The translations under genes and the position numbers were made by a program. Positions 49,710 through 59,365 of a DNA stretch of 64,000 nucleotides are shown here, piece by piece. The notes below the pieces were generated by a model, which was not told the origin of the DNA, did no database searches, and worked only from the letters and a program-made list of their open reading frames with translations. Positions within the stretch are counted from its first letter, which is position 1; each line of letters starts with the position of its first letter. This DNA is from Methylophilaceae bacterium (GTDB lineage Bacteria; Pseudomonadota; Gammaproteobacteria; Burkholderiales; Methylophilaceae): NCBI GenBank assembly GCA_006844635.1, contig SPJO01000124.1, positions 13,655 to 77,654 of the forward strand, in the 5' to 3' direction.

Positions 49710-50774
49710 ATGTTCAATAAAAAAGCAGCCACCGTCATTGGCTTACAAGCTTTACTCATTGTCATTCTCTTCTGGATGCTGGTCTTCTATGGCAAGGATG
49801 AGTTTGAAGATTACCGCGTTGAGCAAGAAGAAGAAATTGAAAGCGCTGACCGCGTCGAAGAAAAAGATGGGATTAGCATTGTCAGCTTATCGCCAGCTGT
49901 ACAGAAAAACAGCGGCATCGAGACCGCAACAGTGGATGCCATGGCCTATCAAGATGAGATTAATAGTTTTGGCACTGTCACCCCAATTGATTCTCTCATC
50001 GCAACCAAAGCAGAGGTTGCACACTTACAAGCACAGCTGAGTGCAAATGCTGCCAGTAAAAAACAATACCAAGTACAGTATGAGCGCTTAAAAGCACTCA
50101 ATGCCGATGATAAAAATGTATCGGATTTGGCTGTTCAACAAGCACAAGCCAAGCTCAGCAACGCCAATGCCAACATACAAAGTGCTGCGGTGCAAATTAA
50201 AAACCTAGAAGCTAGCACCAAACTCAAGTGGGGTCGCTTGCTTGCGAATGCGGCTTTTGGAAAGCAATCCTCCCCTGTGTTTAAAAAACTGTTATCTAGA
50301 GACCATGTTCTCATTCAAGTTAGCCTCCCGTTTAATACTGCAGATCCCAAAGCGGGCAATGTGATTGAAGTTACACCGTTAAATGGTACACACCCGATTA
50401 AAGCGACTTACCTCTCAGCTGCAGCAACTGCCGATCGCAATGGGGCTGGCAAAACCTTTTACTATAGCGCCCCAGCGAACAACTTAAGAACCGGCATGCG
50501 TGTCAGCGTCCATGCCAACGCATCCGAAAGTAGCGCAAGTGAAGGCATTGTCATACCGAGCAACGCCGTTGTTTGGTATGCAGGGACTCCTTGGGCTTAT
50601 TTTAAGCAAGGTGGCAATCAGTTTGTACGTAAACCTATCTCAGCAGACACAGAAGTCGATGCTGGTTGGTTTAACATTGGATTCAATGCGGATAGTGAAG
50701 TCGTGGTAAAAGGTGCGCAGTTGCTGTTGTCAGAAGAATTTAAATATTTAATTAAAAACGAAAATGATGACTAA
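49710..50774 (+). CDS. RND efflux periplasmic adaptor (membrane fusion protein, CzcB/CusB-like)
   Basis: 354-aa ATG ORF with an N-terminal TM anchor, a coiled-coil hairpin segment and a beta-barrel C-terminus. It sits between the OMF and the RND pump. Confidence 0.75.
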   Translation: MFNKKAATVIGLQALLIVILFWMLVFYGKDEFEDYRVEQEEEIESADRVEEKDGISIVSLSPAVQKNSGIETATVDAMAYQDEINSFGTVTPIDSLIATKAEVAHLQAQLSANAASKKQYQVQYERLKALNADDKNVSDLAVQQAQAKLSNANANIQSAAVQIKNLEASTKLKWGRLLANAAFGKQSSPVFKKLLSRDHVLIQVSLPFNTADPKAGNVIEVTPLNGTHPIKATYLSAAATADRNGAGKTFYYSAPANNLRTGMRVSVHANASESSASEGIVIPSNAVVWYAGTPWAYFKQGGNQFVRKPISADTEVDAGWFNIGFNADSEVVVKGAQLLLSEEFKYLIKNENDD

Positions 50775-50825
50775 ACTACTGTTATCAACAAGCCACATCA
50801 TGCCAGTGCAGGCCAATAAGGTTGA

Positions 50826-53800
50826 ATGCTTATGATGTCAGCCATTGTCCGTTTTTCCATCCGTTTCTACGGCGTTATGATTGGGTTGGCATTACTCATT
50901 ATCGTCTATGGTGGTTATAGCTTATTGCGGAGCAATCTGGATGTTTTTCCAGAGTTCTCGCCAACACAAATCATCATTCAAACTGAATCACCTGGCCTCT
51001 CTGCTGAGCTGGTTGAAAGCCTTGTTACACAGCCAATAGAAACGTCTATTGCTGGTACAGTAGGCGTGGCCAATATGCGATCGCAATCCATTCCAGGCCT
51101 GTCTGTCGTCACCGTGATTTTTAATGAAGACACGGATATTTACCGTAATCGACAGGTTGTTGCTGAGCGACTGAGCACACTAGGTAATAAAATCCCCAAA
51201 GGCATCACGCCCAATATTACCCCACTCACCTCTTCAGCTAGTACAGTTCTAGGGTTTGGTGTCACTTCTGAGCAACGTAGCCAAATGGAGCTCCGCACCA
51301 TTGTCGATTGGATTGTAACCCCGCATTTACTCTCAATACCAGGGGTTGCTGATGTCAATGTATTTGGTGGAGAAGTCCGCCAATACCAAGTGCAAATTAA
51401 TCCCGCCAAATTGTTACAGTACCAGTTAAATATTAATGATGTGGTTGATGCGGCAAAAAAAGCAACGGGGGTCAGTGGTGGTGGTTTTATTCAAAACAGC
51501 AACCAACGCATTATCGTCAACACAGAAGGTCAAGCGACATCAGTAGAAACACTAGCTAAAGCCACATTAACGCACCGTGATGGGCGCACGATTACCATTG
51601 GTGATATTGGTCGCGTAGCAGAAGCCGCCGCGCCTTCGATTAGCTCAGCAGCGATTAATGAAGAACTAGGCATTTACTTATCCGTCCAAGGCCAACTCGG
51701 TGCAAATACACATGCAGTGACCATTGCGATTGAAGAGGCATTACAAGAAATCAAACCGACGCTTGCAAAAGAGCAAGTAACCTTACATGAAGGTCTGTTC
51801 CGCCCGGCTAACTTCATTGAAGCTGCCATCGAAGGTGTTCGCACAGACATCATGATTGGTTCTATACTAGTGATTACCATTCTGTTTCTATTTTTGTTCA
51901 ATGTGCGGACTGCCTTTATTTCAGCAACGGCTATTCCGCTATCATTATTAACAGCCACGATTATCCTCGGCTATTTTGGCATCGGGCTCAACATTATGGT
52001 GTTAGGTGGCTTGGCGATTGCACTTGGTGAAGTGGTCGATGATGCCATTATTGATACGGAAAATATTTTTAGGCGTTTACGAGAAAATCGCCTATTAGAC
52101 AAGCCGAAATCGAACTTCAAAGTGGTGTATGAAGCATCGATGGAAGTACGGACATCCGTTGTTTACGCCACCATCATTGTTGCATTAGTCTTTGTGCCAC
52201 TACTCACATTAAGTGGTGTCGCTGGCAAACTATTTGCGCCGCTGGGTCTAGCGTATATCACAGCCATTATGGCCTCGTTAGTGGTCGCACTAACCATTAC
52301 GCCAGCCCTATGCTATGTGCTACTTAGCAACGCCAAATTAGAAGCTGAAGATGCGCCCGTTATCAAATCAATTAAAACAGTGTATTTGAAACTGCTGCAT
52401 AGTATTGAAAAAAACTTCAAATTGGTCCTAACGGGCAGTTTCTTATTTATTGCCCTAGGCTTAGGGATTTTATTACTCTTTAAGAGCCAATTCATCCCAG
52501 CGCTACATGAAGGCCATTTCATTATGCATATGACCGCCGTCCCTGGCACTTCTGAAAAAGAATCACTACGCTTAGGAAAACAAGTTTCTAAGGTTATTCG
52601 TGATATTGATGGCGTACAATCCGTTACACAATGGGTAGGCCGTGCGCCAAACGGCGCAGATACTTTTGGTACTCATTACAGTGAATTTGAGATTGAAATT
52701 GGTGCTTTATCTGGCCCAGAACAAGACCGTATACTCGCTGAAATTCGTCAAGAGCTATCTGGCATAGAAGACGATGATGATGACGATCAGGAGAATGAAG
52801 CCCATAAGCAGAATGATGACGAAGGAGCAGAAGATAAAATTGGCTTTGTTGGTGTCAACTTTGCCATTAACACATTCCTAACCGAGCGAATCGAAGAAAC
52901 GATTTCAGGCTATGCAGCCTCTACCGTAATCAATGTCTATGGCAATGATTTAGATGCATTAGACAGAGATGCACAGAAGATTGCTGCTGTCGTGTCTGAT
53001 ATCAGGGGTGCAGAAGATGTCTTACTACAATCTCCTCCAGGCACGCCGCAAGTCGTGATTCGTTTACGCCCAGATAAATTAACTGAATGGGGCTTAAAAG
53101 CCGTAGATGTGCTGCAGGCCCTTAGTGCCTCATATGAAGGGGTGCCAATTGCACAAGTATATTTAGGTAATCGCGTGATTGGCTTAAGTGTACTGCTTGA
53201 AGAGGAAGCGAGAGATGATATTGGCGATATTAGTCGCATCCCATTCTTCAACCCTAATGGTAAGTTATTACATTTAAAAGATATTGCTTTTATCACACAA
53301 GAGAATGGCCGTTCGAAAATTCTACATGCGGGTGCCAAGCGTATTCAGACCATTACAGCGAATGTAGAAGGTCGCGATGTCCCTGGGTTCACCAACGAAG
53401 TCAAACAACGCATTAAAAGTGACATAGAACTACATAAAGGCAATTACTTAGAATTCACAGGGGAAGCGGAAGCGAATGCGCAATCTCGCGAAGATTTAGT
53501 TGTACACTCTGCCCTTGCGGGTGTCGCTATCTTCTTGATGTTATATATAGCCTTTGGTCAACTACGCAATCTATTACTTACCTTCCTTAACCTACCCTTT
53601 GCATTGATTGGTGGTGTACTGGCTGCTCTATTCACAGGCGGCTGGATATCACTTGGCTCCCTAGTTGGCTTCGTCACCTTATTCGGGATTACTTTACGCA
53701 ACTCCATCATGATGGTGTCTCACTTCCAACATTTAGTCGACCATGAAGATTGTGTTTGGAATCTTGAAACCTGCATGCGTGGCGCGTCTGAGCGTCTACC

Positions 53801-54002
53801 CTCTATTTTGATGACCGCATTGGTGACTGGCTTAGGCTTATTACCACTCGCCGCTGGCAGTGATCAGCCTGGTCGCGAAATTGAAGGGCCAATGGCGACG
53901 ATTATTGTGGGTGGCCTCGTGACTTCAACGATTCTGAATTTGTTGATATTGCCAACGATTATGTTGCACTTTGGTAAGTTTGAGAAACGCCTGCTTGATT
54001 AA
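50826..54002 (+). CDS. RND inner-membrane efflux pump, heavy-metal efflux (CzcA/CusA) family
   Basis: 1058-aa ATG ORF with 12-TM ACR_tran architecture and HME-like segments ('LGGLAIALGEVVDDAIIDTENIFRRL', 'GITLRNSIMMVSHF'). Confidence 0.9.
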   Translation: MLMMSAIVRFSIRFYGVMIGLALLIIVYGGYSLLRSNLDVFPEFSPTQIIIQTESPGLSAELVESLVTQPIETSIAGTVGVANMRSQSIPGLSVVTVIFNEDTDIYRNRQVVAERLSTLGNKIPKGITPNITPLTSSASTVLGFGVTSEQRSQMELRTIVDWIVTPHLLSIPGVADVNVFGGEVRQYQVQINPAKLLQYQLNINDVVDAAKKATGVSGGGFIQNSNQRIIVNTEGQATSVETLAKATLTHRDGRTITIGDIGRVAEAAAPSISSAAINEELGIYLSVQGQLGANTHAVTIAIEEALQEIKPTLAKEQVTLHEGLFRPANFIEAAIEGVRTDIMIGSILVITILFLFLFNVRTAFISATAIPLSLLTATIILGYFGIGLNIMVLGGLAIALGEVVDDAIIDTENIFRRLRENRLLDKPKSNFKVVYEASMEVRTSVVYATIIVALVFVPLLTLSGVAGKLFAPLGLAYITAIMASLVVALTITPALCYVLLSNAKLEAEDAPVIKSIKTVYLKLLHSIEKNFKLVLTGSFLFIALGLGILLLFKSQFIPALHEGHFIMHMTAVPGTSEKESLRLGKQVSKVIRDIDGVQSVTQWVGRAPNGADTFGTHYSEFEIEIGALSGPEQDRILAEIRQELSGIEDDDDDDQENEAHKQNDDEGAEDKIGFVGVNFAINTFLTERIEETISGYAASTVINVYGNDLDALDRDAQKIAAVVSDIRGAEDVLLQSPPGTPQVVIRLRPDKLTEWGLKAVDVLQALSASYEGVPIAQVYLGNRVIGLSVLLEEEARDDIGDISRIPFFNPNGKLLHLKDIAFITQENGRSKILHAGAKRIQTITANVEGRDVPGFTNEVKQRIKSDIELHKGNYLEFTGEAEANAQSREDLVVHSALAGVAIFLMLYIAFGQLRNLLLTFLNLPFALIGGVLAALFTGGWISLGSLVGFVTLFGITLRNSIMMVSHFQHLVDHEDCVWNLETCMRGASERLPSILMTALVTGLGLLPLAAGSDQPGREIEGPMATIIVGGLVTSTILNLLILPTIMLHFGKFEKRLLD

Positions 54003-54019
54003 GCTGCAAGCAATAGAAA

Positions 54020-54388
54020 TTAATCGTATTTAATATATTTAAATCGCGCATCGTCGTTAGGTGTACCGGTCAGTGCGCTTGTGTCTTGCGCAGGCTGCCA
54101 AGCAATCACTTCCTCAATTTTATGCGCCAATGCAAAATCTTTGTCAGTAATGCCTTTCGCATCGTGTGTGCACAATTTAACAATCACAAATGCATAAGAC
54201 ACCGTTAGGTCTGGGTGGTGCCAAGCGGCTTCTGCTAAATGACCAACTGTATTTACTACCATTAGCGTTGCCTTCCAACCACTGGTTTTATACTTTCGGC
54301 GAATCCAGCCGTTTTCTAAGAACCAATGCGGGAGTTCTTTCTCTAGCTTAGCAGTGACTGCCTCATTGGTATACACTTCTTTAGACAT
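54020..54388 (-). CDS. Pterin-4a-carbinolamine dehydratase (PCD/DCoH)-like protein
   Basis: 122-aa ATG ORF with the PCD signature 'AAWHHPDL'. Confidence 0.75.
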   Translation of the reverse strand: MSKEVYTNEAVTAKLEKELPHWFLENGWIRRKYKTSGWKATLMVVNTVGHLAEAAWHHPDLTVSYAFVIVKLCTHDAKGITDKDFALAHKIEEVIAWQPAQDTSALTGTPNDDARFKYIKYD

Positions 54389-54411
54389 ACGTTTGTTTCA
54401 TGATCGAATGA

Positions 54412-55098
54412 TTAGTGTAGTGAACCTGCAACTTTATGGAGTGTTTCATAATTCACCCCTTCTAAAAAGTATTCATGGTCTGTTTTTTTCAACATCCATT
54501 TACCAAATGTTTTATTTAAGACGAAGTTACTAAACGCTTCATCAACAACACCTGTTTCACTCATCATTCTCAGGTTGAGTTCAGGGCCATCTGGCTTATC
54601 TGATTTGACTAAGACCAATTGTTGCGCATTCACTTTTTCGGCAAGCCATGCTGCAATGCTATCTGAAGTCACATCCCAACTCTTCGGAATACTGTCCTCA
54701 GCCAACACCATTTGACTTGGCAACCAAACAATACAGCGGTGTTGCCAAATACGCTCATCAATTTCCATTTCCGTTCTAGCAACCGCTAATTCTGGATTCA
54801 TATTCGCAAGCAACAAGCCAAACTGATCCATGGCAAGCACTGCTAACTTGTGCGCACAAGGATCACTGATTTTTGAAACTTTTTGCGCATCCCTAACCGC
54901 GTCAGCAAACACGCCACCGCCTGGGACAATAATAATATTGCCATCACTAAATTTTGCAAAAAGGCCTAGCCATCGCTCGAGTTCATCTGACCCGAGTAGA
55001 CTGCCCCCAACTTTTACTACCCACACAGTTTTGTTTCCTTTTTTCTTTTTCGTACGTCTTAACCATTTTTGGGTAAACCTTGATAATAGACCAAACAT
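54412..55098 (-). CDS. Amino-acid-kinase-fold protein (H4MPT-island associated)
   Basis: 228-aa ATG ORF with the AAK-family N-terminal motif 'VVKVGGSLL' and 'IVPGGGVFAD'. Confidence 0.65.
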   Translation of the reverse strand: MFGLLSRFTQKWLRRTKKKKGNKTVWVVKVGGSLLGSDELERWLGLFAKFSDGNIIIVPGGGVFADAVRDAQKVSKISDPCAHKLAVLAMDQFGLLLANMNPELAVARTEMEIDERIWQHRCIVWLPSQMVLAEDSIPKSWDVTSDSIAAWLAEKVNAQQLVLVKSDKPDGPELNLRMMSETGVVDEAFSNFVLNKTFGKWMLKKTDHEYFLEGVNYETLHKVAGSLH

Positions 55099-55152
55099 AT
55101 TGCTCTTATCCGCTGCCCTAATGAAGTGGTTATTCTTAATCTGAAAAGATTT

Positions 55153-56565
55153 TTATTGATTCATTTTAAACAATTCCAATAGTTTCATCATAGTAGACGC
55201 TTTATCCAATGTTTCCAAGTACTCTTTATGACTATCGGAGTCAGCAACAATGCCACCACCGGCATAAAAATGCATTTGCTCTTGGTGAATGATGGCCGTA
55301 CGGATAGCGATATTCGTATCTAATTGCCCATCAAAACTAATGTAGCCAATCGCACCACAGTAAACTCCACGTCGATTAGGTTCGAGTTCCTCAATAATTT
55401 GCATCGCCCTCACCTTCGGTGCCCCTGTGATAGAGCCACCAGGGAAACATCCACGTAATAAGTCTATAACGGTACAACTTGGCTTAAGTTTAGCCGTTAC
55501 GATACTCACCAAGTGGTGTACATTGGCAAAACTTTGTAATTGGAATAGCTTTTCCACTTTCACACTACCCGTTTCACAACTTTTACCAATGTCATTTCTC
55601 AGCAAATCAACAATCATCAAGTTTTCTGCTTGATCTTTTGTGCTCTCTTGTAGTTGCTTCGCAAAAGCCGCATCTTTCTCTGCATCAGCATCACGTGGCC
55701 GCGTCCCTTTAATTGGCCGCGTTTCTACATGATCGCCAACTACTTGTATAAAACGTTCAGGTGAGTTCGACATCACCTGAAAACATGCCTCCTCATTCAT
55801 TGGCAATTGCATAAATGCCATAAAAGGCGCTGGACTAATTTCACGCATTTTTTTGTAAGCCTGCCAAGCATCACCACTCACTGCGGCAGAAAAACGCTGC
55901 GCCAAGTTTACTTGATAACAATCTCCAGCTTGAATATAGGACTTAATGCGATCAAATGCCGCGTGATAAGCAGATTCCGTCAAGTTGCTTGTAACTTCTG
56001 AGCAAACATGAAAGGCTTGTTCAACTGCGGTGAATGGTGCATCAAACAATTGACACAATGCCCGCCAATTTGCTTGCGTCTCTGCAAAAAAACCATGTGA
56101 AATCAACGTGCTTTTTTGCCTGCGATGATCCACGACCACCGCCCAATCATAAATACCCAGCATCATGTCTGGCACGTCTTCTGTTTCGTTCTGTTGCTGA
56201 ATTGCTTCTAAACGCCGGCCCAAATCGTAAGAAAAATAGCCAAGTGCACCACCAGAAAAAGGCAAATCTACAGGAACTGCTTGGTAGTTCGCTAGGTAAC
56301 GGTTTAATAAAATAAATGGATCTTCTGTTTCAACTTGTTCGCCACGTGCATCACGGATAGTTGTTTGCTCGCCAATGGTAACGAAGGTCGCCTGTGGCCT
56401 TGCAACAATAATATCGTAACGCCCATATTCACTACCTGGTTTACCTGTTTGTGGATCCTGCATCTGCCCGCTATCCAGCAACATTGCCCATGGCTCATGC
56501 GCAACCCGTTCAAACAAACGTGCACTGTCATGATGGTAAGCTAATGTATGGATTAACAAGCTCAT
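55153..56565 (-). CDS. Aminodeoxychorismate synthase component I-like (PabB/TrpE chorismate-binding family)
   Basis: 470-aa ATG ORF with the chorismate-binding C-terminal motifs 'CFPGGSITGAPKVRAMQIIEELE', 'RGVYCGAIGYISFDG' and 'AGGGIVADSD'. Confidence 0.85.
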   Translation of the reverse strand: MSLLIHTLAYHHDSARLFERVAHEPWAMLLDSGQMQDPQTGKPGSEYGRYDIIVARPQATFVTIGEQTTIRDARGEQVETEDPFILLNRYLANYQAVPVDLPFSGGALGYFSYDLGRRLEAIQQQNETEDVPDMMLGIYDWAVVVDHRRQKSTLISHGFFAETQANWRALCQLFDAPFTAVEQAFHVCSEVTSNLTESAYHAAFDRIKSYIQAGDCYQVNLAQRFSAAVSGDAWQAYKKMREISPAPFMAFMQLPMNEEACFQVMSNSPERFIQVVGDHVETRPIKGTRPRDADAEKDAAFAKQLQESTKDQAENLMIVDLLRNDIGKSCETGSVKVEKLFQLQSFANVHHLVSIVTAKLKPSCTVIDLLRGCFPGGSITGAPKVRAMQIIEELEPNRRGVYCGAIGYISFDGQLDTNIAIRTAIIHQEQMHFYAGGGIVADSDSHKEYLETLDKASTMMKLLELFKMNQ

Positions 56566-57611
56566 GACGCATCTTCTGTGTATGCCAGATTAGCCACCGC
56601 ATAAGCTGGCAAACAAATAGCAAGTTGTGGTGTGAGTTGATGCGCTAGCAGCTCATTCAATGCTATATAAGGCTTGCTGATGCGTTGCGCAACCTCTCGT
56701 GCTAGAAAAGCACCCGCTCCTGCCCCAACAACTGTCATCTCATCCTTTAATTGTTTCATTACTGCCTGCTGAATCTGCACCAATTGCTTTTCACGACAAT
56801 GCTTGGCTAATGCTATCCAGTCTGCCATTGGCTTATCACCCGCATCATACCCCACCATCCTGGCTAAGCGGTTGGCTGATGCGAACAATGTTTTCTCGCC
56901 CCCATCTGCAGTATCCGCCATATCCGCATCAGAGGCTAGCTCTTCTGTCAGCCGGTAAACATCAGCCATGGTCGCAAAATACTCCGCTGCAACATTGGTT
57001 TCCTGACCTGATAACGACAACTTCTGTGCCAGTGCCATCACTGGCGTACGCACAACGCCTGTGTAAACCAAGGTATCAGCTTGCATGCGTTCTGCATCAG
57101 TAAAACCACCGCCCACGACTTTGCCACTCGCAATGGCAATAATATCTGTCGTTGTACTGCCGATATCAATCAGCAAGGCATTTGGCTGATACTGCGCAAT
57201 CAATGTTGCACTAGCATGCCAGTTAGCAGATGCAACTAGTTTGGCCTGTTGCAACACTTCGTTGCTGCTAAGGAAAGCGCTGCCAGTAAGTTGGTCATCC
57301 ATGCCATAAAACAAAGTATGGTTGCCTAATAACTTAACCACTAACTGTGTAATTTGCGTCACGCCAGCATGGCGATTAGGGAATAAGTCGACCAATTCAC
57401 CCGTCATCGTAACGGCATGTGCACATGTGTCAGGCGTGACCCCAAAGTCTTGCAACATCAGCGACATAGCAGAGGCTAAACGGTCTAAACCTTGCCATAA
57501 AGCACAAGGTAGCTGCTGGACGGCCTCAACTTCTCCATCGACACCTAACAATACGGCTTTTAAATGGGCACCACCAATATCCCACCCTACTTGCTTATCT
57601 CTATTAAGCAT
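56562..57611 (-). CDS. Hydantoinase/oxoprolinase-fold protein of the type annotated as H4MPT-linked C1 transfer pathway protein
   Basis: 349-aa ATG ORF with ASKHA/hydantoinase-A-like phosphate motifs 'GWDIGGAHLKA' and 'LIDIGSTTTDIIAI'. Its stop overlaps the pabB-like start by 4 nt (ATGA). Confidence 0.7.
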   Translation of the reverse strand: MLNRDKQVGWDIGGAHLKAVLLGVDGEVEAVQQLPCALWQGLDRLASAMSLMLQDFGVTPDTCAHAVTMTGELVDLFPNRHAGVTQITQLVVKLLGNHTLFYGMDDQLTGSAFLSSNEVLQQAKLVASANWHASATLIAQYQPNALLIDIGSTTTDIIAIASGKVVGGGFTDAERMQADTLVYTGVVRTPVMALAQKLSLSGQETNVAAEYFATMADVYRLTEELASDADMADTADGGEKTLFASANRLARMVGYDAGDKPMADWIALAKHCREKQLVQIQQAVMKQLKDEMTVVGAGAGAFLAREVAQRISKPYIALNELLAHQLTPQLAICLPAYAVANLAYTEDAS

Positions 57612-58611
57612 TCAACCTCACTTCGACTACATTTTTTTCTATTATTGGCATGGTTGCGTTTGGCTGTGTCATCAGTTGTAAAATCAACGCTGCTGGATTA
57701 TGAGCAGTCGCGCGCGCTAATGCAACATAACTGGTCGTTAAGCGTGGGTTAATCTCAACGACCGTCACGCCATTTGCATTTACAATTACATCGACACCCA
57801 TATAAGCCGTCAAATCATTAGGCAATAGGCGCGCGATCTGTTTTGCTAGCATTTCGAATTTCACCCAGTGCTGTTTCATCCCATTAACAATACAGCCATC
57901 TAATCGCAATTGATTGTTCTCAATAACAATTTCCTGACTATTGCAACTTAGCACATGCGCGTGGCCTTGATGCATTATGCATGCCATACTGGCTGCTTCA
58001 CCTGATAGATAAGGTTGAATGATATAACGACCCGGCTCATCAAGCGCCTGACACCAAGATTGCAACTTCTCAGCGGAATCGAATACAAACGTATCGTCAC
58101 AGCCAACACCATCATTCGGTTTTGCTAACCAAGTAGCTGCTATCTCTTTTGGCCAATGTTGCCATGTATAACTGGGAATACAAGCAATATTCGATTGCGT
58201 TAATAGTTGTGCCGTTTGCAGTTTATTACTAAATGTTTGAATGGACGCCAAATCACAACCAATAACGGTTTTCCCTAGGTCTAATGCTAATGCTGTCATG
58301 CTAGTCAAACAACCATCGGTTTCTGGTGCAATCAGCCAAACTGCATCCACATCCATCATTTCCGCTTGCCACCGTGCATTCACATCATCTTGCTCGCCGA
58401 CAATGCTACATTGATTGCAATCTTGCGGTGGGGTCAGTCGAGCATCGACTGTCGTATGAATGATATATCCTAATGCTGACAAATCTCGCAATAATGCATC
58501 ACGCATTAATGCGCCTTCAGATGCCAACGACAACGGCAAATCGCTATCATGAAAGCCACCAGCAGTGATAAACTCGCAAACAAAGATTGTTTTTATAAGG
58601 TTATTTTGCAC
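57604..58611 (-). CDS. ATP-grasp domain protein (H4MPT-island associated)
   Basis: 335-aa ORF starting at GTG 58611, the only start candidate near the N-terminus. It has ATP-grasp-like central and C-terminal segments ('WLAKPNDGVGC', 'YIIQPYLSGEAAS', 'MGVDVIV..VTVVEINPRLT'). It overlaps the downstream gene by 8 nt. Confidence 0.6.
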   Translation of the reverse strand: MQNNLIKTIFVCEFITAGGFHDSDLPLSLASEGALMRDALLRDLSALGYIIHTTVDARLTPPQDCNQCSIVGEQDDVNARWQAEMMDVDAVWLIAPETDGCLTSMTALALDLGKTVIGCDLASIQTFSNKLQTAQLLTQSNIACIPSYTWQHWPKEIAATWLAKPNDGVGCDDTFVFDSAEKLQSWCQALDEPGRYIIQPYLSGEAASMACIMHQGHAHVLSCNSQEIVIENNQLRLDGCIVNGMKQHWVKFEMLAKQIARLLPNDLTAYMGVDVIVNANGVTVVEINPRLTTSYVALARATAHNPAALILQLMTQPNATMPIIEKNVVEVRLNA

Positions 58612-59319
58612 ATCATCCCAGTGATTGATTTATTAAATGGTGTTTGCGTGCATGCAAAGCAAGGCTTACGCGCGCAGTATCAACCCATCCATTCAAGCCT
58701 GACCCACTCCTCCCAGCCATTAGATATTGTAAAGGCTTTTATGGCTATCCACCCATTTAAAACACTCTATATTGCAGATTTAAATGCAATACAATCAACT
58801 AATGAACTGGGTCAAACACATGCGGCAATATTAACTGAAATTAAACAGCAGTTTCCACAACTAGAATTGTGGGTTGATGCAGGTACTAGCACCATACAAA
58901 AAACAACATATTTTCAATCTTTAGGTGTCCAAATAGTATTAGGTAGTGAATCCTTCCCGGCAATGACAAGCTACCAAACTTTACAAAAGCATTTGGACAG
59001 CAACTACATACTCTCATTAGATTTCCTTAGAGAGGGCTACCGAGGCCCGACTTCATTATTAACAGATACAACAGCATGGCCTAAAAAAGTCATTGCCATG
59101 ACCTTAAGCCAAGTCGGCACTAATGCTGGCGTTGATAACAGCGCCATTCATCAGTTATTGGAGCGGAGCACTGGACAAGAGATTTATGCAGCGGGTGGCA
59201 TTCGCCATATTGATGATTTGCGAACCTTAAATACAGAAGGTGTAAAAGGCGCGTTAATCGCTTCAGCATTACATCACCAAGCACTCACTAGCAGTGATCT
59301 AGAAGCACTGACAGCATAA
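58549..59319 (+). CDS. HisA/HisF-family TIM-barrel protein
   Basis: It has the HisA-like N-terminal motif 'IIPVIDLLNGVCVHAKQG' and a C-terminal phosphate-binding 'AAGGIRHIDDL...GVKGALIASALH'. With ATG 58549 the product is 256 aa. An in-frame TTG at 58606 would give the family-typical N-terminus 'M-HIIPVIDL'. The start is uncertain. Confidence 0.65.
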   Translation: MKATSSDKLANKDCFYKVILHIIPVIDLLNGVCVHAKQGLRAQYQPIHSSLTHSSQPLDIVKAFMAIHPFKTLYIADLNAIQSTNELGQTHAAILTEIKQQFPQLELWVDAGTSTIQKTTYFQSLGVQIVLGSESFPAMTSYQTLQKHLDSNYILSLDFLREGYRGPTSLLTDTTAWPKKVIAMTLSQVGTNAGVDNSAIHQLLERSTGQEIYAAGGIRHIDDLRTLNTEGVKGALIASALHHQALTSSDLEALTA

Positions 59320-59345
59320 AAAAAGCCCGAACCATGTTCGGGCCT
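59318..59345 (-). terminator. Intrinsic terminator downstream of phi (between convergent hisA/F-like gene and phi)
   Basis: The hairpin GCCCGAAC-ca-GTTCGGGC is followed by T7 on the minus strand. There is no U-tract on the plus strand. Confidence 0.6.
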
Positions 59346-59365
59346 TCCTAAAACACAAGCGACGC

